Below are positions 1 to 8,953 of a DNA stretch of 37,725 nucleotides, in pieces. This DNA comes from a virus (Duplodnaviria; Caudoviricetes). Under the pieces are notes generated by a model. The model saw only the letters and a program-made list of their open reading frames with translations. It made no database searches and was not told the origin of the DNA. A program made the translations under genes and the position numbers. The stretch is from positions 1 through 37,725 of IMG/VR virus record IMGVR_UViG_3300040734_000006, one strand, 5' to 3'. Within the stretch, counting starts at the first letter, position 1. Each line of letters starts with the position of its first letter.

Positions 1-55
1 GATTTTCGGTTTTTGACCGAGGCTGAGAAAATGGTGATTTACCGGATGCGCTGTT
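1..55. repeat. 55-bp terminal overlap (circular assembly), copy 1
   Basis: 1-55 identical to 37671-37725; an ORF reads cleanly across the join. Confidence 0.97.
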
Positions 56-159
56 TGCGGCCTTTTGAGAAAATCGAGATCCGTTTGGATGACAACCGGC
101 GGGGAAAACTGGCCGTGGTTTTTTCCAGCACTTGCAAAGAAATTTTTAATGATTTATAA
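1..159 (+). CDS. 3' part of a 56-aa ORF spanning the circular junction (ATG at 37659); YezD/DUF2292-like small protein
   Basis: AGAGGAGGAG precedes ATG 37659; MNTTDFRFLTEAEKMVIYRMRCLRPFEKIEIRLDDNRRGKLAVVFSSTCKEIFNDL*, TAA 157-159; family by resemblance only. Confidence 0.7.
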   Translation, partial: DFRFLTEAEKMVIYRMRCLRPFEKIEIRLDDNRRGKLAVVFSSTCKEIFNDL

Positions 160-160
160 T
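132..160 (+). promoter_or_regulatory. sigma70-type promoter of the head operon
   Basis: TTGCAA (132-137) - 17 nt - TATAAT (155-160). Confidence 0.7.
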
Positions 161-183
161 AAAACTATAAATTAAGTGTTCAC

Positions 184-242
184 TCCGGCAAAAGGCAATT
201 ATAGCCAACGGAAACCTTAATCTTTTTTGGTTTCCGTTTTTT
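184..242 (+). promoter_or_regulatory. leader antiterminator/terminator switch, copy 1
   Basis: TCCG/CGGA and GGC/GCC stems (184-212) overlap terminator AACGGAAACC(207-216)/GGTTTCCGTT(229-238)+T-run; covaries with 13235-13288. Confidence 0.7.
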
Positions 243-249
243 GTTATAT

Positions 250-2037
250 ATGCTCAATTTTTCAATCGGTTATCAAATAACCAAAGAGTTAAACGAATTC
301 CGCACCGCCAAGTTAAAGCTGGCCTCGGTCAATGAGGACGGCAGCGTGCGCTATTTGGGCAAAGACCCCGCGGGTTATTATTTTAACCAGCAGGAAACGC
401 TTAACATTATCGACCTTTACTGGAACTCCAAATTTCAATCCGGCCTGAAAGACGCCAACGGCAACCGCAAGATTTTTATGAACATCGGCAAGTTCCGTTC
501 CGAAGTGGCAGCCAAGCAGATTGATTTAGATGTGAAAGATTTTCGCTTTGTTCCCGATGACTACGCCGAGCCGTGGGACGCGATATTTTTACAGAAAGAT
601 TTTAAAGAATGGACGAAGGACAATTATTTTGGCGAGCTGATAAACCAATGCGTTGAAAACTTTCCCAAATACGGCACGATTATTTTGAAGAAAGTCAATA
701 AAAAATTGGAGTTTGTGCCGTTGCAACTGCTGGTAAACGAACAGGCCGCTGATTCGCTCAAAGACGCGGCGTATGTGATCGAACAGCACCCGGGAATGTA
801 TTTGCACGAAATCCAAGCGATGAAGGATTGGAACACCGATGGCTTGAAATTGAAATACGGCGAGACCATTGATGTGCAAGAACGCTATGGCTATGTGCCT
901 CTCAAATGGTTGAAAGAGATAAACGGCGGGGCGGTTCAGGAGGGTGATGAGGATATCAGCGTGGATGCGCTGGTGATTTGCGCCCAAGCCAAAGACGCGA
1001 AAAAGGCCAAAGAGGGCTGGCACATTTTCTTTGCCGAGGAGATCAAAAAACGGCCGTATGAGGAAGTCCATTGGAATAAACAGCATGGACGCTGGCTGGG
1101 TTGCGGCACAATGGAGGATTTGATCGAAAACCAAGAAGCTAAAAACATTATTGTTAATCTTATCCGCCGGTCTTTGCAGTGGGGTTCAAAGAGGATTGGC
1201 CAGACCGCGAACGCCGATGTCGCCGCCAAGAATTTGGCCACCGATGTCAAGGACGGCACGATCCTTGAAGTGGGCCAGAACGGGGCGATCACGCCGGTTG
1301 ATTTGTCGAGCCGCAACCAAGCGGAGTTCCAGCAATTCTTGACCGAATGGGAAACCAACAGCGACCAGAAGGCGTTCACTTACGAAGTGGCCACCGGCGA
1401 GGGAATGAGCGCGGGGACGCCATACCGATTGGGGGTGATATTGTCAAGCGCGGTGCAGACCTATTTCAATCTTAAAAAGCAGAAACTGGGGTTATTTTTT
1501 AAGAGGGTGATGACCGAGTTTATGATTCCCGACTTTTTCAGGGATATGGCCAAACTTGACCGCGTGGTTTCTTTTTTCAGCGATGAGGCGGGCTTTGAGA
1601 TTTTGAAATGCGCGGCAATAAATTTCGTTAAATCGGAAGCGACCAGAATATCGCTGTTGTCCGGCAAAGTGGTGGACGCGCAAACGCTGGCCGATGCGGT
1701 TAATCCTTTCGAGGCGGTAAAACAATTGGTGTTCAATGTTTCCAAAGACAAATACGAAAAAGAAAAATGGAAGTTTGATTTGGAAATCGTCAATGAAACT
1801 GTGGATGTTACCGGCAAGATCGCCACACTGAGCAGTTTGTACCAGTTAATGGCGCAAGCGGGCGACCCGAGAGCCGAAAGCGTCTTGGAGCGCATTGCCC
1901 AGCTATCCGGCGAGAATATGGCAAGGTTTGGCGCAAAACAGCCAACCGCCCCCGCGCAAATGCCGCAAGCAGGGCAAATGCCCGAGGTTAATTTAAACCA
2001 AAAAAATGAAAAAACAAATGCTGGAACGCCAATTTAA
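250..2037 (+). CDS. portal protein (podovirus-type)
   Basis: ~595 aa, follows TerL on the circle, precedes scaffold/capsid, Q/P-rich C-terminus; ATG 250 preferred over TTG 241. Confidence 0.8.
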   Translation: MLNFSIGYQITKELNEFRTAKLKLASVNEDGSVRYLGKDPAGYYFNQQETLNIIDLYWNSKFQSGLKDANGNRKIFMNIGKFRSEVAAKQIDLDVKDFRFVPDDYAEPWDAIFLQKDFKEWTKDNYFGELINQCVENFPKYGTIILKKVNKKLEFVPLQLLVNEQAADSLKDAAYVIEQHPGMYLHEIQAMKDWNTDGLKLKYGETIDVQERYGYVPLKWLKEINGGAVQEGDEDISVDALVICAQAKDAKKAKEGWHIFFAEEIKKRPYEEVHWNKQHGRWLGCGTMEDLIENQEAKNIIVNLIRRSLQWGSKRIGQTANADVAAKNLATDVKDGTILEVGQNGAITPVDLSSRNQAEFQQFLTEWETNSDQKAFTYEVATGEGMSAGTPYRLGVILSSAVQTYFNLKKQKLGLFFKRVMTEFMIPDFFRDMAKLDRVVSFFSDEAGFEILKCAAINFVKSEATRISLLSGKVVDAQTLADAVNPFEAVKQLVFNVSKDKYEKEKWKFDLEIVNETVDVTGKIATLSSLYQLMAQAGDPRAESVLERIAQLSGENMARFGAKQPTAPAQMPQAGQMPEVNLNQKNEKTNAGTPI

Positions 2038-2239
2038 TATCGTGGCGGGATTGCAGGAGGTGGATGAGTTTGCCGGATTGCTGAGAATGGTGATTGACGA
2101 CATCGCCGACATTCGCACCGAGATGAAACACGGCGAAACGAGAGCGGGATTGGTGGGTTATTTGGAGGAAGTTTTAGGGAAGTTGAATCGTATTCGCAAC
2201 AATGACCGCAGAGAGGAGTTTGATTCCGACTGCGTTTAA
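2006..2239 (+). CDS. small hypothetical protein after portal
   Basis: 77-aa ORF overlapping portal end, usual position in podovirus head modules. Confidence 0.7.
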   Translation: MKKQMLERQFNIVAGLQEVDEFAGLLRMVIDDIADIRTEMKHGETRAGLVGYLEEVLGKLNRIRNNDRREEFDSDCV

Positions 2240-2289
2240 TAATCGAGGCAGGCAAACCTCATAAAAAACCTAATAACAGGAGAAAACCT

Positions 2290-2874
2290 ATGGCAAATCA
2301 AAATGAGGGCAGCGACCCTAATATCGCCAACGAAAGTGGAGTGGAGCAGGAAGTCAAAATCGATGACACTATTAACCCTGACGAAGCCACCCCAGAGCAG
2401 GTCAAAGAATTGATTAAGACCGCTCAAACCGCGATTGCGCAAAAAAAACACTGGCGCGATAAGGCCGTTGACCCCGAAACGGGCAAGCCTTACAAAGACC
2501 TGTTTAAAGCGCAACCGCACACCAACCCGCCCGCGGCGGCGACGCTCGAGGCAGAAGGCCGGATCAAGAAGCTGGAATTGGCCGAGGAAAAAAGGCAATT
2601 TGGCTATCTTAACAATCTGGCTCCGGAGGAAACCGATCACGTTTTCGCTTACGCGCAAGGCAATGGAATAAAGCCCAGCGACGCGCTGGCCCGTCCTTTT
2701 ATCAAGACGGCAATCGAGGCGATGCGCCAAGAGGCGAAAATAGGAAACGCGACCCCGGGCCCCTCGTCGAAAGCCCCGATGGTAGAAGGTAAATCGTTTT
2801 CGGAAATGAAAGACGACGATAAACGCGCCAATTTTGGCAAATTTGTCAACGCTTTGCAGAGCCGCAAACGATAA
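2290..2874 (+). CDS. capsid scaffolding protein
   Basis: AGGAGA RBS; acidic N-terminus, helical, directly upstream of capsid gene. Confidence 0.7.
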   Translation: MANQNEGSDPNIANESGVEQEVKIDDTINPDEATPEQVKELIKTAQTAIAQKKHWRDKAVDPETGKPYKDLFKAQPHTNPPAAATLEAEGRIKKLELAEEKRQFGYLNNLAPEETDHVFAYAQGNGIKPSDALARPFIKTAIEAMRQEAKIGNATPGPSSKAPMVEGKSFSEMKDDDKRANFGKFVNALQSRKR

Positions 2875-2897
2875 GACGGGCAGGTTCATAAAGTTAT

Positions 2898-3857
2898 ATG
2901 GCAGTTACATCCGATCCGGCCACTTATACGGATTTGGCTCCGGTCATTCCCGAAGTGTGGCCCCCGATAGTTTTGGAAGAAATGTTTGCCAAGGCGATCG
3001 CGGCAAATTTCTTTACCGATTTGAGTGAATATATGCGCGACCAAGGCGACATCGCCAACGTCCCGGGTGTGTTCACCAACGCGTTTACCGCCAGCACGCA
3101 GTCAACGCAAGGCGCGGAATTGACGACCCAATTCCCCGCGCAGGATTCCATCCAGTTGTCGATCAACACTCACGACTACATTGCCCTGATAGTGGGCGAT
3201 AAAGACGCCAAACAGCTTTTGCGGAGTTTTGACTTTAACAAAGTCTATGCCAAGAAAGCCGCGGGAACATTGAGAATCGCTTTGGAAGACGCGCTGTTTG
3301 GCCTGTGGAGCGGTTTGTCAACCAATTCGGTTGGTGATACCGCCACAGTGCTTGCGGACGCGGAAATCCGCGAATCCATCTATAAGCTGGAAAATGCCAA
3401 CTTTGATACTTTGGACGGCGATGTGGCGTGGTTCTTCCACCCCTACACCTTCTATGTGCAATTGGGGGCGATCTCCAAGTATTACGACCAGTCGCAAAGA
3501 GGGCCGGCCAATGTGGGAGGCTTTACGGCGACCGGCGTAATCGGCCAGGGAAACCGCGCGACCGGCTTTAAAGGCCTGTTGTATGGTATCCCCGCATCCG
3601 TATCGTCCCGGGTTGTGTCGGGTTTGCAAACCTACCGCAACCTGTTGGCGCATAAGAGCGCGTTCGGTTTTGCGACCCAGTTCCAGACCAGTCCGCTGGC
3701 TTCTTCCGCCGAAGAAAGCCGTGTGCGGGCGCAGGCCAGTTATGAGTTGCGCAACCTTGGCTGGCTTACCGTGTTGGATATGATTTTTGGCGTTATCGAA
3801 ATGCGCGATGCCGCCGCAGTCGTAGTCAACGGGTCAAGTTCGTTCATCAACAGCTAA
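2898..3857 (+). CDS. major capsid protein (HK97 fold, P22/T7-like)
   Basis: 319 aa; IPEVW..IVLEE and GD.ANVP N-terminal motifs, D.IFGV.EMR C-terminal motif. Confidence 0.85.
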   Translation: MAVTSDPATYTDLAPVIPEVWPPIVLEEMFAKAIAANFFTDLSEYMRDQGDIANVPGVFTNAFTASTQSTQGAELTTQFPAQDSIQLSINTHDYIALIVGDKDAKQLLRSFDFNKVYAKKAAGTLRIALEDALFGLWSGLSTNSVGDTATVLADAEIRESIYKLENANFDTLDGDVAWFFHPYTFYVQLGAISKYYDQSQRGPANVGGFTATGVIGQGNRATGFKGLLYGIPASVSSRVVSGLQTYRNLLAHKSAFGFATQFQTSPLASSAEESRVRAQASYELRNLGWLTVLDMIFGVIEMRDAAAVVVNGSSSFINS

Positions 3858-3869
3858 CATTGTTAGCGG

Positions 3870-3898
3870 CCGGATGGCGGGAGCAATCCCGCCTCCGG
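3870..3898 (+). other. GNRA-capped hairpin downstream of capsid stop (mRNA stabiliser/partial terminator)
   Basis: CCGGA-T-GGCGGGA-GCAA-TCCCGCC-TCCGG. Confidence 0.6.
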
Positions 3899-3916
3899 TT
3901 AAGCCAATTTTTTAAA

Positions 3917-4378
3917 ATGACTAATCCAGAAATGGATGATCGCGAAAGCGATTTTGACATTAAGCAAGCAAGCGGAAATGTTATCTTTCAACCGAATAAC
4001 GCCCTGATGGGGAAAACCGACTTGCGTGAAAAGGACGGCAGGCCGCAACGGATATTTTTCTACAACAATCTCGACACCGGCAAGGTGATGACATTCACCG
4101 AACAGGAAGCCGCGATGATGGAAAAATCATCTTACCGGTTCATTTTGCGCCAAATAGGATGTTCGGACGGGACGTCCTACAAAAAGCACATCCGCGAGTG
4201 CGGCGTAAAGCCCGGGCAGGTAATCACCAAGCAAAAAGCGCAGGAAATCCTTGACGGCGCGCTGGCCGCCGAGATCGAAGCCGCAAGAGGCCATTTTGAC
4301 CGCCCGATGTCGCAAAGCGTCCATTTTGACGCTTCTTTTCCGTTGGAGCAACGGCCGACTTTTATCCCTCCAAAATAG
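3917..4378 (+). CDS. hypothetical protein
   Basis: ATG 3917 after A-rich leader, 153 aa, coupled to next ORF. Confidence 0.7.
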   Translation: MTNPEMDDRESDFDIKQASGNVIFQPNNALMGKTDLREKDGRPQRIFFYNNLDTGKVMTFTEQEAAMMEKSSYRFILRQIGCSDGTSYKKHIRECGVKPGQVITKQKAQEILDGALAAEIEAARGHFDRPMSQSVHFDASFPLEQRPTFIPPK

Positions 4379-4379
4379 T

Positions 4380-4805
4380 ATGGACACGAAAACAAATCAC
4401 ATCTTAAACCAGATCACCAAAGGAATACCGCGCCATTTGGCCGAAAATGTAACCCAAAAGATCGTGGACGACAGCGGCGAGCAGTTGGCAAAGGCGGCGA
4501 TCAACGACCCGCATATTTCATACAAGAAAAAAGAGCAGTTGCGCAAATACCTTTATGACGGCAAATTCCGCAAAGAGGAAACCGCCGAAAACGAGGCAAC
4601 GATAAACGCGCTTGACGATTATCACACCGCCGAGATTGCCAAAGCAAGGCGTTCAGGCGCGCTGGCCGACCCGATGAGCGACCCTTTCTACCGGCAAAGA
4701 ATGGAACGGCTGGCAAAGGGCGATGTGCGCAAAGCCGAGCCGCTAACACGCAACGAGATAAGCAACGCAATCCGCGCGTTAAGGCGTAATGACGACGATG
4801 ATTAA
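4380..4805 (+). CDS. hypothetical protein
   Basis: ATG 4380 one base after upstream TAG; 141 aa. Confidence 0.7.
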   Translation: MDTKTNHILNQITKGIPRHLAENVTQKIVDDSGEQLAKAAINDPHISYKKKEQLRKYLYDGKFRKEETAENEATINALDDYHTAEIAKARRSGALADPMSDPFYRQRMERLAKGDVRKAEPLTRNEISNAIRALRRNDDDD

Positions 4806-5517
4806 AATTGTCGGCCAAATGGTATGCGGTGGGGGCGAGGCCGACCGATACTTAGAGGAAAGTTTTAAAGAGTTTGCGCGGCTATGTGATGATGTGATTA
4901 TCTGCTTTTGCAACGCCACCGAAAAAGAAAAGGCGCTGGCCAGAAAATACGATTTTCGCTTTTACGACGACAACCGCGAGTGGGGAAAATACCAGCCGGG
5001 CATTAAAACCGGATTGTTGAAAAGGATTTTGAAACTTGGCGCGGATTGGATTTTGCCGCTTGATAGCGACGAAACACTTCCTACGATTAGCAGTCAAGAG
5101 TTGCGAGTGCTAACCGAAGGCCGCGAGAGTTGCTATTTCTATGTGGTGAATTTGTGGAACGATCCGCAACACTATTCCCGCGCGATGAGCTTTTGGAATG
5201 TGCGGCTTTACCGCGCCGATGAAAGCAAGGGAACGCAGTTTTTGCGCAAACCCGTGCATTGCGGCAACGCCCCGCCCTATTTTTACAATCAATCGGCCAA
5301 GAGCGCGTATGTGCCGCATATCCTTTTGCACAAGGGCTTGATGAAGCCCGATGACAGGGACAGAAAATACCGGCGTTATCAGGATTATGACCCTAACGCA
5401 ATACACAAAGGCCGCGATTATTATGATGCGTTATTGTTTCAAGGAGTTAAAGCCGAATACGACCAGCAAGAAGTTTTAACCAAAATACAAGATTATGTTC
5501 GAAAAATCCAACATTGA
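4798..5517 (+). CDS. glycosyltransferase, GT-A fold (GT2-like)
   Basis: ADWILPLDSDE DxD motif; start 4789 or 4798. Confidence 0.75.
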   Translation: MIKIVGQMVCGGGEADRYLEESFKEFARLCDDVIICFCNATEKEKALARKYDFRFYDDNREWGKYQPGIKTGLLKRILKLGADWILPLDSDETLPTISSQELRVLTEGRESCYFYVVNLWNDPQHYSRAMSFWNVRLYRADESKGTQFLRKPVHCGNAPPYFYNQSAKSAYVPHILLHKGLMKPDDRDRKYRRYQDYDPNAIHKGRDYYDALLFQGVKAEYDQQEVLTKIQDYVRKIQH

Positions 5518-5863
5518 AAAAAACCTGCAAATGGTGCGGGAGTTGAAAGCCGACAATCCCGCGATGACGCATATTTACTTGCGCCGGCCCGATGGCGTGG
5601 CCGTGGATATTCCGCTGGCGCAAATTGAATTTACCATCCGGCAAAGGCCGGAATGGATCGTGGCCGGATTGCCCGCCAAAGTGGTGTTTCCCAAACCCGT
5701 TGAAGAATTGTTTGAAGTTCCGGCCAAGCCAAGCGAAACCAAAATCACCGATGAGATGGCAAGCGAGGCGATGAAAACCAAACCCGCCGACAGCAAAGAG
5801 GAAATAATAACGGAAAATCCAAGTCCGAAAAGAAAAAAACCGATACGCTCAAAAAAAGCTTGA
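5495..5863 (+). CDS. hypothetical protein, P/E/K-rich C-terminus
   Basis: 122-aa ORF overlapping both neighbours. Confidence 0.6.
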   Translation: MFEKSNIEKNLQMVRELKADNPAMTHIYLRRPDGVAVDIPLAQIEFTIRQRPEWIVAGLPAKVVFPKPVEELFEVPAKPSETKITDEMASEAMKTKPADSKEEIITENPSPKRKKPIRSKKA

Positions 5864-6795
5864 AGCTGCTCTATTTTGGAGTTTTTGAAAGGCCGTATGA
5901 TACCGAAACCTATATCGCCAACACTTTGGAATTGCTGGGCCACAGGGTATTCCGGCAAAACACAGTAAAAACCGAAAAAGAGCAGCTGGTGGAGCTATTA
6001 AAAATGGAGTGGGACGCGGTGATATTTTCCAAGGGCTGGTTTCCTTTCGGGGAGCAGGAAGCCCGCCAGCTGGTAATGCAAACCGAAAACTTGACGATTG
6101 GCTGGTTTTGGGACTTGTGCTGGGGAACGCCAAGAGAAAAGAAAATGCTGGGTTGCCACCATCTTTTCTTTTGCGATTTGGTGCTTACCTCGGACGGCGG
6201 GCACAATGGCCGGTGGAAAGATGTCGGAATCACGCACAAAATCTTGCGGCAGGGCATTTACGAACCCGAGGCGGTCTTGGGAAAGAAGCGCAAGGAATTT
6301 GATTATGATGTGGTTTTTGTGGGAACGGATGTCCACGAACAGGCGTTTGGTTGGCGATACCGGACGGAATTATTGAAATGGTTGCGCAGAACTTACGGCG
6401 ACCGCTTCAAACAATTTGGCGGCAAAGACCAAGAGGAGATTCGCAACCTTACTCTAAATGATTTGTATGCCAGCGCGAAAGTGGTTGTGGGCGACAGCGT
6501 GTATTCGCCGGATTATTGGAGCAACCGCGTTTATGAAACAATGGGGCGGGGCGGGTTCTTGATATTCCCTTACGTGGATGGAATGGAAAAGGAATTCACG
6601 CCATTTAAGCATTTTATCCCCTACAATTACGGCGATTATGAGAAATTGGGGCAAAAGATTGATTATTACTTGAAACACAAGGCCGAGAGGGATGAGATTC
6701 GGCTGGCCGGCTTCAAGCATTGCAAGAAAAACCATACCTATACCATCCGTTGCCGCCAGTTAATTGAAATAATCAAGGACTGGTATGAGAATTAA
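5860..6795 (+). CDS. glycosyltransferase, CgeB/Glyco_trans_1_2-like (GT-B)
   Basis: YDVVFVG, LNDLYASAKVVVG, SNRVYETMGRGGFL, HTY..R; TTG start overlaps upstream TGA. Confidence 0.8.
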   Translation: MKLLYFGVFERPYDTETYIANTLELLGHRVFRQNTVKTEKEQLVELLKMEWDAVIFSKGWFPFGEQEARQLVMQTENLTIGWFWDLCWGTPREKKMLGCHHLFFCDLVLTSDGGHNGRWKDVGITHKILRQGIYEPEAVLGKKRKEFDYDVVFVGTDVHEQAFGWRYRTELLKWLRRTYGDRFKQFGGKDQEEIRNLTLNDLYASAKVVVGDSVYSPDYWSNRVYETMGRGGFLIFPYVDGMEKEFTPFKHFIPYNYGDYEKLGQKIDYYLKHKAERDEIRLAGFKHCKKNHTYTIRCRQLIEIIKDWYEN

Positions 6796-7228
6796 ACGCT
6801 TAACAAAAAAAGACAAGGAAAGATTTGAAGCTTTTCGGCGAGCTTTCAGGGAGGAAACCGATTATTTCAATCCGATGGTGATGCACAGCGATGGATTCGA
6901 CAAAGTGATTGATGACAAAAATAAACGCTTTTTCGCTTGTTTGCAAGGAAAAGAAATTATCGGGCTTATCCGCTTTGATGATTGGAAAAAAGAAGTGGTG
7001 TGGATCGGCTACGGGTTTTTAAAAAAAGCCCAAGGAGGCGCGGGCAGAATGGCGATAGAATTTTGCAAGGAATACGCCCAAAAGAATAAAAAGCGGGCGT
7101 TAAAATCTACGCAAACAAAAGATAACTGGAAAGCGATAATCACGGTTATCAAACACGGCTTTAAAGTTGTTTCAGAGGACGATAAAGTCGTTTATACAGA
7201 ATATGAATTTAATCGAATATCCGGTTAG
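6785..7228 (+). CDS. GNAT-family N-acyltransferase
   Basis: IIGLIRF strand, AQGG.G acyl-CoA motif, DNWKAI...KHGF C-terminal motif. Confidence 0.7.
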   Translation: MRIKRLTKKDKERFEAFRRAFREETDYFNPMVMHSDGFDKVIDDKNKRFFACLQGKEIIGLIRFDDWKKEVVWIGYGFLKKAQGGAGRMAIEFCKEYAQKNKKRALKSTQTKDNWKAIITVIKHGFKVVSEDDKVVYTEYEFNRISG

Positions 7229-8009
7229 CTGGTATTTGGACAAAATGGCGCGAGGCGAGCATTTTAGCATTGCGATGTTTGGCGATGGAGAGTGGCAATG
7301 TATCGCCAACGCGGTGTTGCAAGACCGCTATATACAAAATGCCGAAAAGACCGAATACACGCCAAAATTGAGCCAAGCGATGGCCGAGAGCTTGAAATTT
7401 GACCAGCCGAATTGTTATTTTGCCGTACCCGACACTTTCCGCACCTACGCGCCGATGAAATGCTACGAAACCAGCATTGACCGGATATGCGATAAATTGC
7501 GGGTCAAAATAAACTTTGTGGAAAAGAATTGCTGGAACCGCGCGATGTGCGAGGCAAAAATGTATCCGATTATCAGCGAATTCCGCAAGCACAATGTTTG
7601 CATTGTTTCCAACAAAATGCTCAAAGGGCTTACCTTTTTAAAATATGACAAGTTTGTCGAGGTGGGCTATCCGAATTGTTATGCCGATTTGGAGCGGGCG
7701 ACCGATGAGTGTTTGGAATACGGCAAGAGCGGGATATATTTGTTCGCTTGCGGAATACCCGCCGCGCTATTTGTTCAAAGATTGCACGGCAAGATAAAAG
7801 ACAGCTGGTTCTTGGATTTGGGTTCGATTTGGGACGGCTTTGCGGGTATCGGCGGGCAAAGGCCAACCCGCAGGGAGTTTTACCGCCACCCCGATGAATG
7901 GAAAAAATGGCGGGACGAAAACTTGCGGGAGATTGATTGGGAAACCAAAGAATTGCCAAAGGTCGATTGGTTTGGAATGGGAAGCAAGGAAATTAACCCT
8001 AATTTATGA
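7203..8009 (+). CDS. GT-D fold (DUF1792-like) glycosyltransferase
   Basis: FSIAMFGDGE and FLDLGSIWD resemble GT-D SxxRFGDGE and DIG motifs. Confidence 0.6.
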   Translation: MNLIEYPVSWYLDKMARGEHFSIAMFGDGEWQCIANAVLQDRYIQNAEKTEYTPKLSQAMAESLKFDQPNCYFAVPDTFRTYAPMKCYETSIDRICDKLRVKINFVEKNCWNRAMCEAKMYPIISEFRKHNVCIVSNKMLKGLTFLKYDKFVEVGYPNCYADLERATDECLEYGKSGIYLFACGIPAALFVQRLHGKIKDSWFLDLGSIWDGFAGIGGQRPTRREFYRHPDEWKKWRDENLREIDWETKELPKVDWFGMGSKEINPNL

Positions 8010-8953
8010 AAACAGGAACGATCTGCTACGCCGTGGAGAGCGGCTTGGGAATACAGGCAAAATCTTTCATTGACCACGGGATAATCGATAAAATATTGAT
8101 TTGGCCGCACTCAACCTACAAGCCGCAAAAGTGGTACAAAAAAAGCCAAATCGCAAGCTCGGTTGATGAATTATTGGACACCTGCGACCGATTATTCTTT
8201 TTTGAAACGCCGTTCGATTGGAGCGTGGTGCGCAAAGCGCGGGAAAGGGGAATTAAGACGATTTTAATGCTGATGTATGAATTTACGCCGTGGCCGATGC
8301 CCTATTTCCCCGATGTGCTGGTGGGCGGCTCACTGGCCGAGGTGGAAACTTGCAAACAGCTGGGATTTAAAGCCCCGTGCAGGCACATAAACGCCCCGGT
8401 GGAGGCTAAATGGCGGCAGAGGCACTACGCCAAGGTTTTTATCCATAACGCGGGCCACGGAGGATTGAAAGGGCGCAACGGCACCAAGGAACTGCTGGAA
8501 GCGATGAAGTATGTCAAAAGCCGTGTGAAGCTGATCGTGCGCACGCAAAACGGCGGGCTGGAATGCGATGACCCGCGCGTGGAAATTGTCAACCACGCCG
8601 TGCCTTATGATGAGTTGTGGAGCGTGGGCGATATGCTGGTTTTTCCTGAAAAGTTTGGCGGTTCATTTTTGCCGATGCAGGAAGCGTTTGCGTCCGGTAT
8701 GCCGGTGATGGCGACAAACCGCTTTCCGACCAACACTTGGCTGCCGTGGGATTTGCTGATACCAACTGACGGCTTCGAAATGGTCGGATTTGGTAATTTG
8801 CAAATCGAGTTTGCCAAATTGAACCCAAAAAAGATTGCCGCCAAAATTGATGAGTGGTATGGGCAGGATATTTCGGCCTATTCTTTGATGGGCAAAGAGT
8901 GGGCCAAACATAACTCTTGGGAAGTTTCGGGCCCGAAATTTAAAACATTATGA
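8006..8953 (+). CDS. glycosyltransferase, GT4-like (GT-B)
   Basis: DMLVFPEKFGGSFLPMQEAFASGMPVMAT; RNGTKELLEA. Confidence 0.8.
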   Translation: MKTGTICYAVESGLGIQAKSFIDHGIIDKILIWPHSTYKPQKWYKKSQIASSVDELLDTCDRLFFFETPFDWSVVRKARERGIKTILMLMYEFTPWPMPYFPDVLVGGSLAEVETCKQLGFKAPCRHINAPVEAKWRQRHYAKVFIHNAGHGGLKGRNGTKELLEAMKYVKSRVKLIVRTQNGGLECDDPRVEIVNHAVPYDELWSVGDMLVFPEKFGGSFLPMQEAFASGMPVMATNRFPTNTWLPWDLLIPTDGFEMVGFGNLQIEFAKLNPKKIAAKIDEWYGQDISAYSLMGKEWAKHNSWEVSGPKFKTL

